Positions 1 through 9,837 of a stretch of 64,000 nucleotides of DNA are shown piece by piece. The DNA lies in the NCBI GenBank assembly GCA_035764935.1, contig DASTYK010000089.1, positions 10,732 to 74,731 of the forward strand, written 5' to 3'. Within the stretch, counting starts at the first letter, position 1; every line of letters begins with the position of its first letter. The position numbers and the translations under genes are program-made. The notes beneath the pieces were generated by a model. The model searched no databases. It was not told the origin of the DNA and was given only the letters and a program-made list of their open reading frames with translations. This DNA is from Longimicrobiales bacterium (GTDB lineage: Bacteria > Gemmatimonadota > Gemmatimonadetes > Longimicrobiales > RSA9).

Positions 1-1482
1 CGCCAGGCGGACTACGCGCTGGCGCTGCTCCCCGAGATCGTGCTCTCGGTCTGGGGAATGCTCGTGCTGATGGTCGACGTCTTCCAGAAGGGCTCGCGTT
101 CCGGGCCATCCTGGCGGGGCCTCGGCTGGTTCACGCTCGTCGGGCTGGTGCTCGCCGCAGCGGCGAACTGGTGGCTGGGCGGAGTGAACGAGGCCAACCT
201 GGCCGGCAGCATCGCACTCGACTCGTTCCGCACCTTCAGCAACTACATCTTCCTGGCGTCGGGCGCGTTCTTCGTGCTCATCGCCGACCGCTACCTCGAC
301 GAGGAGCGGATGCTGCTGGGCGAGATCTACGCGCTCATCCTGTTCGCCACCGTCGGCATGATGACGTTTGCCGGCACGCGCGACCTGATGATCATGTTCA
401 TCGCGCTCGAGCTGATGTCCGTCTCCGTGTACGTGCTCACGGCGGCGAACCGGCGCGACCCGCGCGGTGCGGAGGGCGCCCTCAAGTACTTCCTCCTCGG
501 CGCCTTCGCGAGCGCGTTCTTCCTGTTCGGCATCGCGCTGGTCTACGGTGCGACGGGCACGACCAACCTGTCGGAGATCGCGGCGTCGATCGGCGTCGAT
601 GGCATCGGCGCGAGCCCGCTGCTGCTGCCGGCCATCGCGCTCATTGCCGTCGGCTTCGCGTTCAAGGTCTCGGCCGTACCGTTCCACATGTGGACGCCCG
701 ACGCCTACGAGGGTGCGCCCGTGCCGGTCACGACGTTCATGGCCGTGGGGGTCAAGTCCGCCGCGTTCGCGGCGTTCGTGCGCGTGTTCCTGACCGCGTT
801 CCCGGGCGTCTACGACTCGTGGGACGTGCTGGCGATCTGGCTGGCCATCCTGACCATGGTCGGCGCGAACCTGACCGCGCTGGTGCAGGGCGACGTCAAG
901 CGGATGCTCGCGTACTCCAGCGTCGCGCATGCCGGCTACCTGCTGGTCGGCCTCGCCGCGGCCAATGTGCTCGGGGCCGCCTCCGTGCTCTTCTACCTCG
1001 TCGTCTACACGTTCATGACCGCGGGGGCGTTCGCCGTGCTCATGGTCGTGGCCGGCAAGGGCGAGGGGCGCACGGGACTGGACTGGTTCAGCGGGCTCGG
1101 CTGGCGCTCACCCATGCTGGGCGCGGCGATGACGCTGTTCCTGCTGTCGCTGGCCGGCTTCCCGCTGACCGGCGGCTTCGTGGGCAAGGTGTTCATCCTG
1201 CGCGCGGCCATCGACCAGGGGCTGATCGGTCTTGCAGTCGCGCTGGTGCTCGCGTCCCTGATCTCCTACTACTACTACCTGCGCGTGGCGTGGTACATGT
1301 GGTTCCGGGAGCCGGATGGGGAGCCGCTCACGCTCACGATCTCGCCCGGGACCAGGGTCGCCATCGTCGCTGCAGTGATCGGCGTGCTCGTGCTCGGGAT
1401 CTTCCCGGGCGCACTGCTCGATGCGGCCGAGCGGAGCGCCGCCGCACTGATGCACGTGCCGACCATGCTCGGCCGCAACTGA
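1..1482 (+). CDS. nuoN: NADH-quinone oxidoreductase subunit N (5' end outside the window)
   Basis: Frame 1 is open from the window edge, and the listed ORF start at 40 is only the first in-frame GTG. The protein is polytopic and carries FKVSAVPFHMWTPDAYEGAPVP, typical of the NuoN/ND2 antiporter-like subunit. It is followed by a hairpin, consistent with the last gene of a nuo operon. Confidence 0.85.
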   Translation, partial: RQADYALALLPEIVLSVWGMLVLMVDVFQKGSRSGPSWRGLGWFTLVGLVLAAAANWWLGGVNEANLAGSIALDSFRTFSNYIFLASGAFFVLIADRYLDEERMLLGEIYALILFATVGMMTFAGTRDLMIMFIALELMSVSVYVLTAANRRDPRGAEGALKYFLLGAFASAFFLFGIALVYGATGTTNLSEIAASIGVDGIGASPLLLPAIALIAVGFAFKVSAVPFHMWTPDAYEGAPVPVTTFMAVGVKSAAFAAFVRVFLTAFPGVYDSWDVLAIWLAILTMVGANLTALVQGDVKRMLAYSSVAHAGYLLVGLAAANVLGAASVLFYLVVYTFMTAGAFAVLMVVAGKGEGRTGLDWFSGLGWRSPMLGAAMTLFLLSLAGFPLTGGFVGKVFILRAAIDQGLIGLAVALVLASLISYYYYLRVAWYMWFREPDGEPLTLTISPGTRVAIVAAVIGVLVLGIFPGALLDAAERSAAALMHVPTMLGRN

Positions 1483-1517
1483 GGCGGACCGGCCGCAGCA
1501 GGGTGCGGCGTACGGGC

Positions 1518-1560
1518 AACGAGGAGGCGGCGGCCGCAGTCGGCGCCGCCTCGTTCGTTC
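1518..1560 (+). terminator. Possible intrinsic terminator after nuoN
   Basis: Imperfect GC-rich hairpin with outer arms AACGAGG (1518-1524) and CCTCGTT (1549-1555) and internal CGGCG pairing. It is followed by the weak T-tail CGTTCC. Confidence 0.3.
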
Positions 1561-1580
1561 CGGTGCGCAACGTCAGGGCA

Positions 1581-1596
1581 GGGCATGCACATTGCG
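1581..1596 (+). promoter_or_regulatory. Sigma-54-like -24/-12 element (GGGCATGCACATTGCG)
   Basis: GG at 1582-1583 and GC at 1594-1595 have the exact consensus spacing, with a TTGC -12 box. It lies about 55 nt upstream of the ATG at 1651, which is preceded by the SD AGGTGA. Confidence 0.35.
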
Positions 1597-1650
1597 GCCG
1601 TGTGACGGTCAGACGCCGCACGCCGCGGCACATTCCACAGGTGATTCTAC

Positions 1651-3978
1651 ATGGCCAGACCGGATACGATCGAGGTTGACAGCGATCTTCTCGCGCAGGC
1701 GGAGGCGGGGATCGAGCAGTACCTGGAGCGCATGCGCGCGAGCGGTGAGCTCGCCGAAAACTACTACGATGCCGCCCGCAGCAACGTCTTCCCGAACCTT
1801 CGGCAGTGGGTGACCGATTCCGACATCCGCAGGCTGTCGCCGAACCTGGCAGGCGGTGTGATGGACGCGGTGCGCGAAGGCCGCTGGGAGGAGCTGGTCA
1901 ACGCGTTCGTGCGCGAGGTCAAGTTCGGCACCGGTGGCATCCGCTCGCTGATGGCGTTCCGCAAGGAGGACATCGAGCGCCTCGCCGCGGAGGGCGTCGA
2001 TGCGCGCATCCTGAAGGGCCCGAACACGATCAACAACATCATCGTGCTCAAGTGCGCCTACGGCGTCGCACGCTACCTGGTCGACACGATCCGCGACCGC
2101 ACGCCGCGCGTGGTCGTCGGCTTCGACAGCCGCATCCAGGGCGCCGCCTTTGCCCGCATCATTGCCGAAACGTTCCTCGCCGAGGGCGTCGAGGTATTCC
2201 TGTTCGACGAGGCGGTGCCGTACCCGGAGGTCACGTTCGCGATCCCCTCGATGAAGGCGGATGCGGGCGTGTTCATTTCAGCGAGTCACAACGACTACCG
2301 CTACAACGGCTTCAAGCTGTCGGGGCCCAACGGCTCGCAGTTCTCGCCCGAGGTGCGTGACCAGATCCTGGCGAAGTACATCGCGCCCGCGAAGCCGAAG
2401 GACATCCATCCCGTCGATCTCGACAGCGCCGACGAGGAAACGCTTTCGAATCTGCACTTCCTCGGTGGCAGCGAGCCGCTGCCGGACCACGAGTACTACG
2501 GTCGCGAGCTGGTCGACATGCACTCGCAGCACATCGCGCACATGCGCCGCTTCGTGCTGCGGCAACAGGAGCGTGACCCCGGGATCGCGCGCGACCTGAA
2601 GATCATCTATTCCGCGTTCAACGGCGCCGGCAGGCGGGCGATCCCGCGCCTGCTGAACGATCTCGGCTTCGAGACGATCTACCGCATCCGGAGCCTGGAC
2701 ACGCTGAACGGCCTGTTCCCCGCGTTCAAGAGCACGCCGGGCGAGGAGCAGCAGCCGGACCCGGGCGACTCGCGGGCTGCGGTGATCGCGCTGCGCGAGC
2801 TGGATGCCGAGGCGAAATCACCGCCGAAGGAGTGGGACCGCTATATCTCCTGGGATGATGCCGACCTGCTGGTCGCCACCGATCCCGATGCGGACCGCTC
2901 CGCCGTCATCGTGAAGCCGCCCGCAGGGCTGGTAACGGCGCTCGAGGGCAGACAGCGCCCCGGCATGCTGCGCTACAGCGACCGGCACGTGCTCGTCCCG
3001 GCCGACGACATGTGGACGCTGATCCTCTGGTACCGGATCAAGTTCGGTGCGATCAAGGATCCGGCGCGCAGCTTCATCGCGCTGAGTCATACGACGACGG
3101 ACATGATCGCGCGTCTCGCCGAGCGTGAAGGCCTCGGCTGGCTCAAGACGTGGGTTGGTTTCGGCTGGCTGTCGGCGGGTGTCGCGCACGCGTGGCGCGG
3201 TGCGGAGCTGCCGTCGATCCGCGACGGGCGTCCCGTCGGTGCGGATCCCGACGAGCGCAGCAAGTGTCACCAGATCTTCTTCGACACGACGGGCATGGAG
3301 CCGGGCGGCCGCACGTTCAACGCGGCGACTCTGGAGCAGAGCAACGGCTTCTCGATCCTGGGCGGTCCGCCCGCGGGCTTCCCGGCCGACGACCGTGCAC
3401 TCGGCACCGGCGGCCACGTGCGCGACAAGGACGGCACGTTCGCCACGCTGCTGACGACGGAGGTCGCCGCGTACGCGAAGGAGCAGGGCATCGACCTGAT
3501 GACGCTGCTCGCGCGCGAGATCTACGCGGATCCGGATGTCGGCCTGTTCGTGAACTACTACGAGCCCGACCCGTTCGACGGCGAGTACCCCGGCCTGGCG
3601 GGCGACTCCAAGAAGAAGGCCATCCTCGACAAGTGCATTGCGCTCTACGAGCGTGCGCAGAAGGAGTCTGTCAGCATTGGCGGGCGCGACGTGACCGACA
3701 CGCGCTACTACTGGACGGGCAAGTACGACGGCGCGAACTGGACCGGCTTCCCGGACGAGGGGCTCCGTTTCTACCTGGGCGACCGGCTGAGCTACATCAC
3801 GGTGCGTCCATCGGGAACGAGCAACTCGCTGCGCTTCCACGTCCAGCTCTACGGCGGCCCGGTGGGCGAGGAGCAGGCGTGGGTGCGCCGGCTCGAGCTC
3901 GAAGCCGAGGCGATCGGCATGATCGACGACCTGCGCGCGACGCTGGGCGCACCACGGGAGGCAAACGCGCAGTACTGA
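1651..3978 (+). CDS. Alpha-D-phosphohexomutase family protein (phosphoglucomutase/phosphomannomutase-like, unusually long at 775 aa)
   Basis: Carries a FGTGGIRS substrate-loop-like motif and the active-site serine motif in SASHNDYRYNGFK. The N-terminal region resembles PgcA-type enzymes. Confidence 0.75.
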   Translation: MARPDTIEVDSDLLAQAEAGIEQYLERMRASGELAENYYDAARSNVFPNLRQWVTDSDIRRLSPNLAGGVMDAVREGRWEELVNAFVREVKFGTGGIRSLMAFRKEDIERLAAEGVDARILKGPNTINNIIVLKCAYGVARYLVDTIRDRTPRVVVGFDSRIQGAAFARIIAETFLAEGVEVFLFDEAVPYPEVTFAIPSMKADAGVFISASHNDYRYNGFKLSGPNGSQFSPEVRDQILAKYIAPAKPKDIHPVDLDSADEETLSNLHFLGGSEPLPDHEYYGRELVDMHSQHIAHMRRFVLRQQERDPGIARDLKIIYSAFNGAGRRAIPRLLNDLGFETIYRIRSLDTLNGLFPAFKSTPGEEQQPDPGDSRAAVIALRELDAEAKSPPKEWDRYISWDDADLLVATDPDADRSAVIVKPPAGLVTALEGRQRPGMLRYSDRHVLVPADDMWTLILWYRIKFGAIKDPARSFIALSHTTTDMIARLAEREGLGWLKTWVGFGWLSAGVAHAWRGAELPSIRDGRPVGADPDERSKCHQIFFDTTGMEPGGRTFNAATLEQSNGFSILGGPPAGFPADDRALGTGGHVRDKDGTFATLLTTEVAAYAKEQGIDLMTLLAREIYADPDVGLFVNYYEPDPFDGEYPGLAGDSKKKAILDKCIALYERAQKESVSIGGRDVTDTRYYWTGKYDGANWTGFPDEGLRFYLGDRLSYITVRPSGTSNSLRFHVQLYGGPVGEEQAWVRRLELEAEAIGMIDDLRATLGAPREANAQY

Positions 3979-3993
3979 CGCGCGGAGCATCAC

Positions 3994-6738
3994 ATGCAGA
4001 CGGCGAGCAGCGCCCGGCTCAGGCGCATTCGACGGAGCACGGTGCGCTGGCTGCTCATCGCGGCCGGCGCACTGCTGGTCACGCTGCTCGTCGGCAGTGC
4101 GGTCGTTCGGCTGTACACCGAGGTGCTGTGGTACTCGGCGCTCGGCCAGGCGGGTGCGCTCTGGACGCGCATCACGACGCAGCTCGTGGTGCGCGCGGTG
4201 ACCGGCGCGATCGGCGCTGCGCTCGTGCTCGTCAACCTGCTGCACGTCGTGCGGCATCTCGGCCCGGTGCACCTGCGCCGGCGCTACGGCAATCTCGAGA
4301 TCGCGGAGCAGGTGCCGCGGGCGCACGTTCGCATCGGCATCTTCCTCGTGTCCGTGCTGGCGGGCTGGTGGATCTCCGGGATCCAGTTCGGCAGCCGGGC
4401 TTCGCTCGCCGTGCTCGCGTGGCTGCGCAGCGACGCGTGGGGCGTGAGCGACCCGCTCTTCGGCAACGACTTCTCCTTCTACGTGTTCGGCCTGCCGGTC
4501 CTCGAGCAGTTCCTGGGCTACCTCATGCTCGTGCTCGTGTGGACCACGCTGCTCGCCGCACTCGGCTACACCCTGCTCGGCGCGATCCGCCTCCGTGAGA
4601 ACCGGCTCGAGGTGGATGACGGTCCGCGCTTCCATTTCGCACTGCTGCTCGCGTCATTCATCGTCGTGCTCGGGGTGCACTACTGGATCGGCCGCTACGG
4701 CGTGTTGCTGAACGGCTCCGGCTTCGGCGGCACGGTCGGGTATGCCGACGTGCATGCGCGGTTACCGGCCCGCAGCATCATCGCCCTGTGCGCGCTGTTC
4801 GCGGCGGGCGCGATCGTCTACGGAGCGACGCGTCGCAACTGGCGTCCCGCGCTCGCCGCATCGGGTGTGTTGTTTCTCGCCAGCATCGTGGGCGGCGTCA
4901 TCTATCCGGCTGCCGTCCAGAAGCTGCAGGTCGAGCCGAACCAGCTCGAGCGCGAGCGCATGTACATCGACTGGCTGATCGAGTATACGCGCAGAGGGTT
5001 CGGTCTCGACGAGATCGAGCGGCGCCCCTGGGACCCGGCACGGCGCGCCTCGGAGATGCAGCTCGCCGGCATCGACTGGCTCGGTGACGTGACGCTGTGG
5101 GACCGCGACCAGCTCCAGACCGCGTTCGCCGAAGAGACGCGTCGCCAGTATTACGAGTTCAGCGACGTCGACTTCGACCGCTACCGTTCGGAGGGGAGCC
5201 CGCGCCACGTTGCGATCGCGGTGCGCGAGTTCAAGCGGAGCGGCCTGCCGGCCGATCGTCAGACGTGGCGCAACATCCACCTGGCGCCGACCTACACGCA
5301 CGGCATCGGCGCGGTCGTCACGCTCGCGAGCGAGGCCGCGCGGGGCAATCCGGTCTACTGGCTGACCAACGCGGACACGGTGGAACGCGACCGGCTTGCT
5401 CCTGCCGATCTGGAGCTGAGCGAGCCGCGCGTCTACTTCGGCGAGGGGATGGAGGAGTATGTCGTGCTCAATCCCGAAGCGGACACGGCCGGCCGCGTAG
5501 CGCCGCTCGAGGCCGTGAGCACCGGCATTCAGCTCGACTCCTTCCTGCGCATCCTCGCGTTCTCCTGGCGCTTCGGCGACAAGAACCTGCTGTTCTCGAC
5601 CGAGCGCGACGAGCGCAGCCGGCTGCTCTTCCGCCGCCCCGTCGTGCAGCGCGTGCGCCAGCTCGCGCCGTTCCTGGCATGGGACGACGACGCATACCCG
5701 GTGATCCACCGCGGGCGTATCGTGTGGTTCATCGACGGATACTCCTCGACGGCGAACTTCCCGCTTTCCGAGGCGCTCCCGATGGGGACTGGCTCGACCC
5801 GCTACCTGCGCAGCAGTGCCAAGGCACTGGTGGACGCCGTGAGCGGTGAAGTCACGATCTACTCACTGGATCCGGACGAGCCGTTGCTGGCGACATACCG
5901 GCGCATCTTCCCCGGCATGGTGCAGCCGCTGTCGGCAATGCCCTCCGAGCTGCAGGCGCACCTGCGCTACCCGCCCGCCCTCGCTGCGGCGCAGGCAGAC
6001 AAGCTCGCGCGCTTTCATGTCACGGAGGCGGACGTGTTCTACTCCGGGCAGAGCGCGTGGCAACGACCGGTGCAGGGCAGTGCGCAGGCGGGCCCGTACG
6101 AGCCGCTGTTCATGATGGCAGCACTGCCGGGGGCAACGCGCGCGGAGTTCCTGCTGAGCACGCCCTTCATTGCGGCGGACCGCCAGACCATGGCGGGACT
6201 GCTGCTGGTCCGGAACGATCCGCAGCACTACGGCGAAGCGCTGCTGCTGGAGCTGCCGAGCGCCGATGTCACGCGCGGTCCCAGCCAGATCATTGCACTG
6301 ATCGAGCAGGACGCCGGTATCAGTGCGCAGTTCTCCCTGTGGCGCAGCCCCGGCGTCGACCTGCAGCTCGGCCAGCTGCGCGTCGTCCCGCTGGACAGCG
6401 CCGTCCTGCACGTCGTGCCGCTCTACCTGTCCGCTGCGGGTACCGCGCTGCCGCAGCTGCAGCGCGTCATCGTGAGCGATGGCGTCAGTGTGAACATGGA
6501 GCCCACGCTGGCGGCCGCGATCGCGGGACTCGGCGGCGGACGCAGCGTTGCGGCGCGCGCCACGCAGCAGCCGTCACAGCCGGCGCTGCCCGCACCCTGG
6601 GCAGCCGAGGCGCTGCGCCTGCAGCAGGCTGCGGATCGAGCGCTGCGCGACGGTGATTTCGCTGCGTTCGGCCGCCACTGGAGCGAGCTGCAGGAGTTGT
6701 TGAGGCGCGCCGCGACAGAGCCGGAATCGCCCGACTGA
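3994..6738 (+). CDS. UPF0182 family large membrane protein
   Basis: 914 aa. The N-terminal multi-TM region carries LYTEVLWYSALG (compare the YTDWLWF motif of the UPF0182 family), followed by a long soluble region. Size and layout are typical of the family. Confidence 0.7.
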   Translation: MQTASSARLRRIRRSTVRWLLIAAGALLVTLLVGSAVVRLYTEVLWYSALGQAGALWTRITTQLVVRAVTGAIGAALVLVNLLHVVRHLGPVHLRRRYGNLEIAEQVPRAHVRIGIFLVSVLAGWWISGIQFGSRASLAVLAWLRSDAWGVSDPLFGNDFSFYVFGLPVLEQFLGYLMLVLVWTTLLAALGYTLLGAIRLRENRLEVDDGPRFHFALLLASFIVVLGVHYWIGRYGVLLNGSGFGGTVGYADVHARLPARSIIALCALFAAGAIVYGATRRNWRPALAASGVLFLASIVGGVIYPAAVQKLQVEPNQLERERMYIDWLIEYTRRGFGLDEIERRPWDPARRASEMQLAGIDWLGDVTLWDRDQLQTAFAEETRRQYYEFSDVDFDRYRSEGSPRHVAIAVREFKRSGLPADRQTWRNIHLAPTYTHGIGAVVTLASEAARGNPVYWLTNADTVERDRLAPADLELSEPRVYFGEGMEEYVVLNPEADTAGRVAPLEAVSTGIQLDSFLRILAFSWRFGDKNLLFSTERDERSRLLFRRPVVQRVRQLAPFLAWDDDAYPVIHRGRIVWFIDGYSSTANFPLSEALPMGTGSTRYLRSSAKALVDAVSGEVTIYSLDPDEPLLATYRRIFPGMVQPLSAMPSELQAHLRYPPALAAAQADKLARFHVTEADVFYSGQSAWQRPVQGSAQAGPYEPLFMMAALPGATRAEFLLSTPFIAADRQTMAGLLLVRNDPQHYGEALLLELPSADVTRGPSQIIALIEQDAGISAQFSLWRSPGVDLQLGQLRVVPLDSAVLHVVPLYLSAAGTALPQLQRVIVSDGVSVNMEPTLAAAIAGLGGGRSVAARATQQPSQPALPAPWAAEALRLQQAADRALRDGDFAAFGRHWSELQELLRRAATEPESPD

Positions 6739-6767
6739 TCAGCTTGCCGCCCCCCGGAGCCAATGGT

Positions 6768-7724
6768 ATGATTTCCCCGCTCGAGAGCGGTGGTACGCGC
6801 ACGATCGTCGTAGCGCTCGGAGGCAATGCGCTGCAGCCGCCGGGCGGACACGGTGACATCCACGAGCAGTTCGCGCACACGCGGGAGTCGCTGGGCGCGG
6901 TCGTCGCACTGGCACAGGCCGGCTGGCGGATCGTGGTCGTGCACGGCAACGGGCCACAGATCGGCGACGAGCTGCTGCGCAATGAGCTGGCGCGCTCGCG
7001 CCGGCCGCCCCTGCCGCTCGGCGTGCTCGTCGCCTCCACGGCCGGCTGGATCGGCTACATGATCCAGCAGTCGCTGCGCAACGCGCTGGACCGCGCCGGC
7101 GTCCGGCGTCCCGTGGTCTCGGTGATCACGCAGGTGCTGGTCGATGCGGCCGACCTCACGCCGCGCAAGCCGATCGGCCACACGATGCCGCGCGAGCAGG
7201 CCGAAGAGCTGGCCACGACGCTCGGCTGGGACATCGGCCCCGCGGACGGCGGCTGGCGGCGCATCGTGGCATCACCGCGGCCCCATACGGTCGTCGAAAG
7301 CGATCAGATCGAGCGACTGCTCGAGGGCGGTACGATCGTCATCGCATGCGGCGGCGGCGGAACACCGGTCTACCAGGATGACCGGCTCGGCCTCGAGGGC
7401 GTCGATGCGGTCGTCGACAAGGATCGCGCCGCCTGTATCCTGGCGCGTGATGTCCGTGCCGAGGTGCTGCTCATCCTGACCAATGTCGACGGCGCCTATC
7501 GCGGGTACGGCACACCCGCGCAGCAGCTGCTCGCGCAGGTGCCCGCGGGCGAGGCGGCCGCACTGCTCGAGGCCGGCGAGTTCGGGACGGGCAGCATGGG
7601 ACCGAAAGTCGAAGCCGCAATCGACTTCGTGCGCGGCGGAGGACGCCGCGCCATCATCGCACGGCTGGAGCGTGGGCTCGAGGCCGTGGAAGGCAGGACG
7701 GGAACGACCATCGTCCCCGAGTGA
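6768..7724 (+). CDS. arcC: Carbamate kinase
   Basis: Carries IVVALGGNAL, VVHGNGPQIG and CGGGGTPV motifs. The start is placed at the in-frame ATG (MISPLES) rather than the TTG at 6744. Confidence 0.85.
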   Translation: MISPLESGGTRTIVVALGGNALQPPGGHGDIHEQFAHTRESLGAVVALAQAGWRIVVVHGNGPQIGDELLRNELARSRRPPLPLGVLVASTAGWIGYMIQQSLRNALDRAGVRRPVVSVITQVLVDAADLTPRKPIGHTMPREQAEELATTLGWDIGPADGGWRRIVASPRPHTVVESDQIERLLEGGTIVIACGGGGTPVYQDDRLGLEGVDAVVDKDRAACILARDVRAEVLLILTNVDGAYRGYGTPAQQLLAQVPAGEAAALLEAGEFGTGSMGPKVEAAIDFVRGGGRRAIIARLERGLEAVEGRTGTTIVPE

Positions 7725-7727
7725 GGT

Positions 7728-7767
7728 GGCCGGGTGCGCGCACGGTGCCCCGGCCGCGTTTGTTTCC
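7728..7767 (+). terminator. Intrinsic terminator after arcC
   Basis: Hairpin GGCCGGG(7728-7734)...CCCCGGCC(7748-7755) is followed by GCGTTTGTTTCC. A second perfect hairpin, GGCTTCGC-acga-GCGAAGCC, sits at 7771-7790. Confidence 0.5.
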
Positions 7768-7809
7768 GCCGGCTTCGCACGAGCGAAGCCATGAACGTTA
7801 CGGAATGCA

Positions 7810-8949
7810 ATGAACATTCATGAGTACCAGGCGCGCGAGATCCTGACGGCGCACGGCGTGCCCGTTCCGGGAGGCACGGTTGCGAGCACGCCCGAGGAGG
7901 TCGAGCGCGCTGCACAGCAGTTCGGCTCGACCGTCGTCGTCAAGGCGCAGGTGCACGCGGGCGGCCGCGGCAAGGCGGGCGGCGTCAAGCTCGCGAAGTC
8001 GCCGGCCGAGGCCAAGGACGTCGCCGGGAAGATCATCGGCATGCGCATCAAGGACCTGCCCGTCGAGAAGGTCCTGGTTGCACCGGCCGAAGACATCGCG
8101 AGCGAGGCCTACGTCGGCATGATCCTCGACCGCGCGAGCAAGCGTGTCGTCGTGATGGTCAGCCGGGAGGGCGGCGTCGACATCGAGGAAGTCGCTGCCA
8201 CCAATCCCGACGCGATCCGCAAGCTCGCGGTCGATCCGCGCTACGGCCTGCTGCCGTTCCAGGCCTACGCCCTCGCCGTCACGCTGTACGACGACCTGAA
8301 GCAGCAGCGTGCGTGCGCGAAGATCCTGCAGCAGCTCTACGCCGCGTTCCTTTCGAGCGGTGCATCGCTGGCCGAGATCAATCCGCTGGTCACCACACCG
8401 GACGGTGAGGTGAAGGCACTCGATGCCAAGTTCAACATCGACGACAACGAGCTGTTCCGCCGCCCGAAGATCGAGGCGCTGCGCGATACGGCCGGCGAGC
8501 CGGAAGCGGAGATCCAGGCGCGCGAGGCGGGCCTGACCTTCATCAAGCTGGACGGCAACATCGGCGCGTGCGTGAACGGCGCCGGCCTCGCCATGGCGAC
8601 GATGGACCTGATCAAGTTCTACGGCGGCGAGCCCGCGAACTTCCTCGACATCGGCGGCAGCTCGAATCCCGAGAAGGTCGTCAACGCGCTGCGCATCATC
8701 ACCGCCGATCCGAACGTGAAGGTGATCTGCTTCAACATCTTCGGCGGCATCACCCGCTGCGACGACGTCGCCAACGGCATCGTCACGGCCACACAGCGCA
8801 TCAAGATCGACGTGCCGATCGTCATCCGGCTGACCGGTACCAACGAGAAGGAAGCACTGGAGATCCTGAAGAACGCCGGGTTCAGCGCGACGACGTCGAT
8901 GGACGAGGTCGTGCAGAAGGCGGTCGAGCTCGCGGGGGCGGGGAAGTAA
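7810..8949 (+). CDS. sucC: Succinyl-CoA synthetase beta subunit
   Basis: Has the canonical [13 protein letters not shown]-terminus, an ATP-grasp region and GGITRCD. Confidence 0.95.
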   Translation: MNIHEYQAREILTAHGVPVPGGTVASTPEEVERAAQQFGSTVVVKAQVHAGGRGKAGGVKLAKSPAEAKDVAGKIIGMRIKDLPVEKVLVAPAEDIASEAYVGMILDRASKRVVVMVSREGGVDIEEVAATNPDAIRKLAVDPRYGLLPFQAYALAVTLYDDLKQQRACAKILQQLYAAFLSSGASLAEINPLVTTPDGEVKALDAKFNIDDNELFRRPKIEALRDTAGEPEAEIQAREAGLTFIKLDGNIGACVNGAGLAMATMDLIKFYGGEPANFLDIGGSSNPEKVVNALRIITADPNVKVICFNIFGGITRCDDVANGIVTATQRIKIDVPIVIRLTGTNEKEALEILKNAGFSATTSMDEVVQKAVELAGAGK

Positions 8950-8950
8950 C

Positions 8951-9832
8951 ATGTCAATTTTCATCGACCAGAACACCAGGCTGCTGGTGCAGGGCATCAC
9001 GGGCCGCGACGGCTCGTTCCACGCACGGCAGATGATGGAGTACGGCACGCAGGTCGTGGGCGGCGTGACGCCCGGCAAGGGCGGCCAGACATTCGAGGGA
9101 CCGGCCGGCAGGTCCTGCCCGATCTTCGACACGATGGAGCAGGCGGTCGCCGAGACGGGCGCGAACGCCAGCGTGATCTACGTGCCGCCGGCGTTCGCCG
9201 CGGACGCGATCATGGAAGCCGCCGGCGCTGGCGTGCCGTTCGTCGTCGCGATCACCGAGGGCGTCCCGGTGCTCGACATGACGCGTGTCTACGCGTACGT
9301 GCAGGACGCGGGCGTGCGGCTGCTCGGACCGAACTGCCCCGGGCTGCTTTCGCCTGGCAAGTCCAAGGTCGGCATCCTGCCCGGCCAGATCGCTACACCC
9401 GGCCCGGTCGGCGTCGTGTCGCGCTCCGGCACGCTGACCTACGAGGTCGTCTACCAGCTCACCAACGCCGGCATCGGGCAGAGCACCTGCGTCGGCATCG
9501 GCGGCGACCCGATCAACGGCACCAACTTCATCGACTGCCTCGAGGCGTTCGAGAACGATCCGGAAACCAGGGCCGTCGTCATGATCGGCGAGATCGGCGG
9601 CACTGATGAGCAGCAGGCCGCGGAGTTCGTCAGCTCGAAGATGAGCAAGCCGGTCATCGGCTTCATCGCCGGGCAGACGGCGCCGCCCGGACGTCGCATG
9701 GGACACGCCGGCGCGATCATCAGCGGCAGCGAGGGAACGGCCGCGGAGAAGATCGAGACGTTCGAGCGCAACGGCATCGGCGTCGCGAAGAAGCCGAGCG
9801 ACGTCGTCGGTCTCATCCAGGGCGTGCTCTGA
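8951..9832 (+). CDS. sucD: Succinyl-CoA synthetase alpha subunit
   Basis: Carries [19 protein letters not shown] and the phosphohistidine loop MGHAGAII. It starts immediately downstream of sucC. Confidence 0.95.
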   Translation: MSIFIDQNTRLLVQGITGRDGSFHARQMMEYGTQVVGGVTPGKGGQTFEGPAGRSCPIFDTMEQAVAETGANASVIYVPPAFAADAIMEAAGAGVPFVVAITEGVPVLDMTRVYAYVQDAGVRLLGPNCPGLLSPGKSKVGILPGQIATPGPVGVVSRSGTLTYEVVYQLTNAGIGQSTCVGIGGDPINGTNFIDCLEAFENDPETRAVVMIGEIGGTDEQQAAEFVSSKMSKPVIGFIAGQTAPPGRRMGHAGAIISGSEGTAAEKIETFERNGIGVAKKPSDVVGLIQGVL

Positions 9833-9837
9833 GGCCC

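Noticed and set aside
2818-4635. Long antisense or alternative-frame ORFs in the track. Examples are 2818-4635(-), 11683-13140(-), 15908-17395(-), 17462-18943(-), 24598-27066(-), 38984-40741(-), 41625-43403(-) and 53715-55772(-) upstream of 54710.
   Set aside because: Their translations are Arg/Pro/Ala/Gly-rich with no recognisable motifs. They lie opposite or out of frame to genes with strong family signatures. Long spurious ORFs of this kind are expected in DNA with this G+C content.
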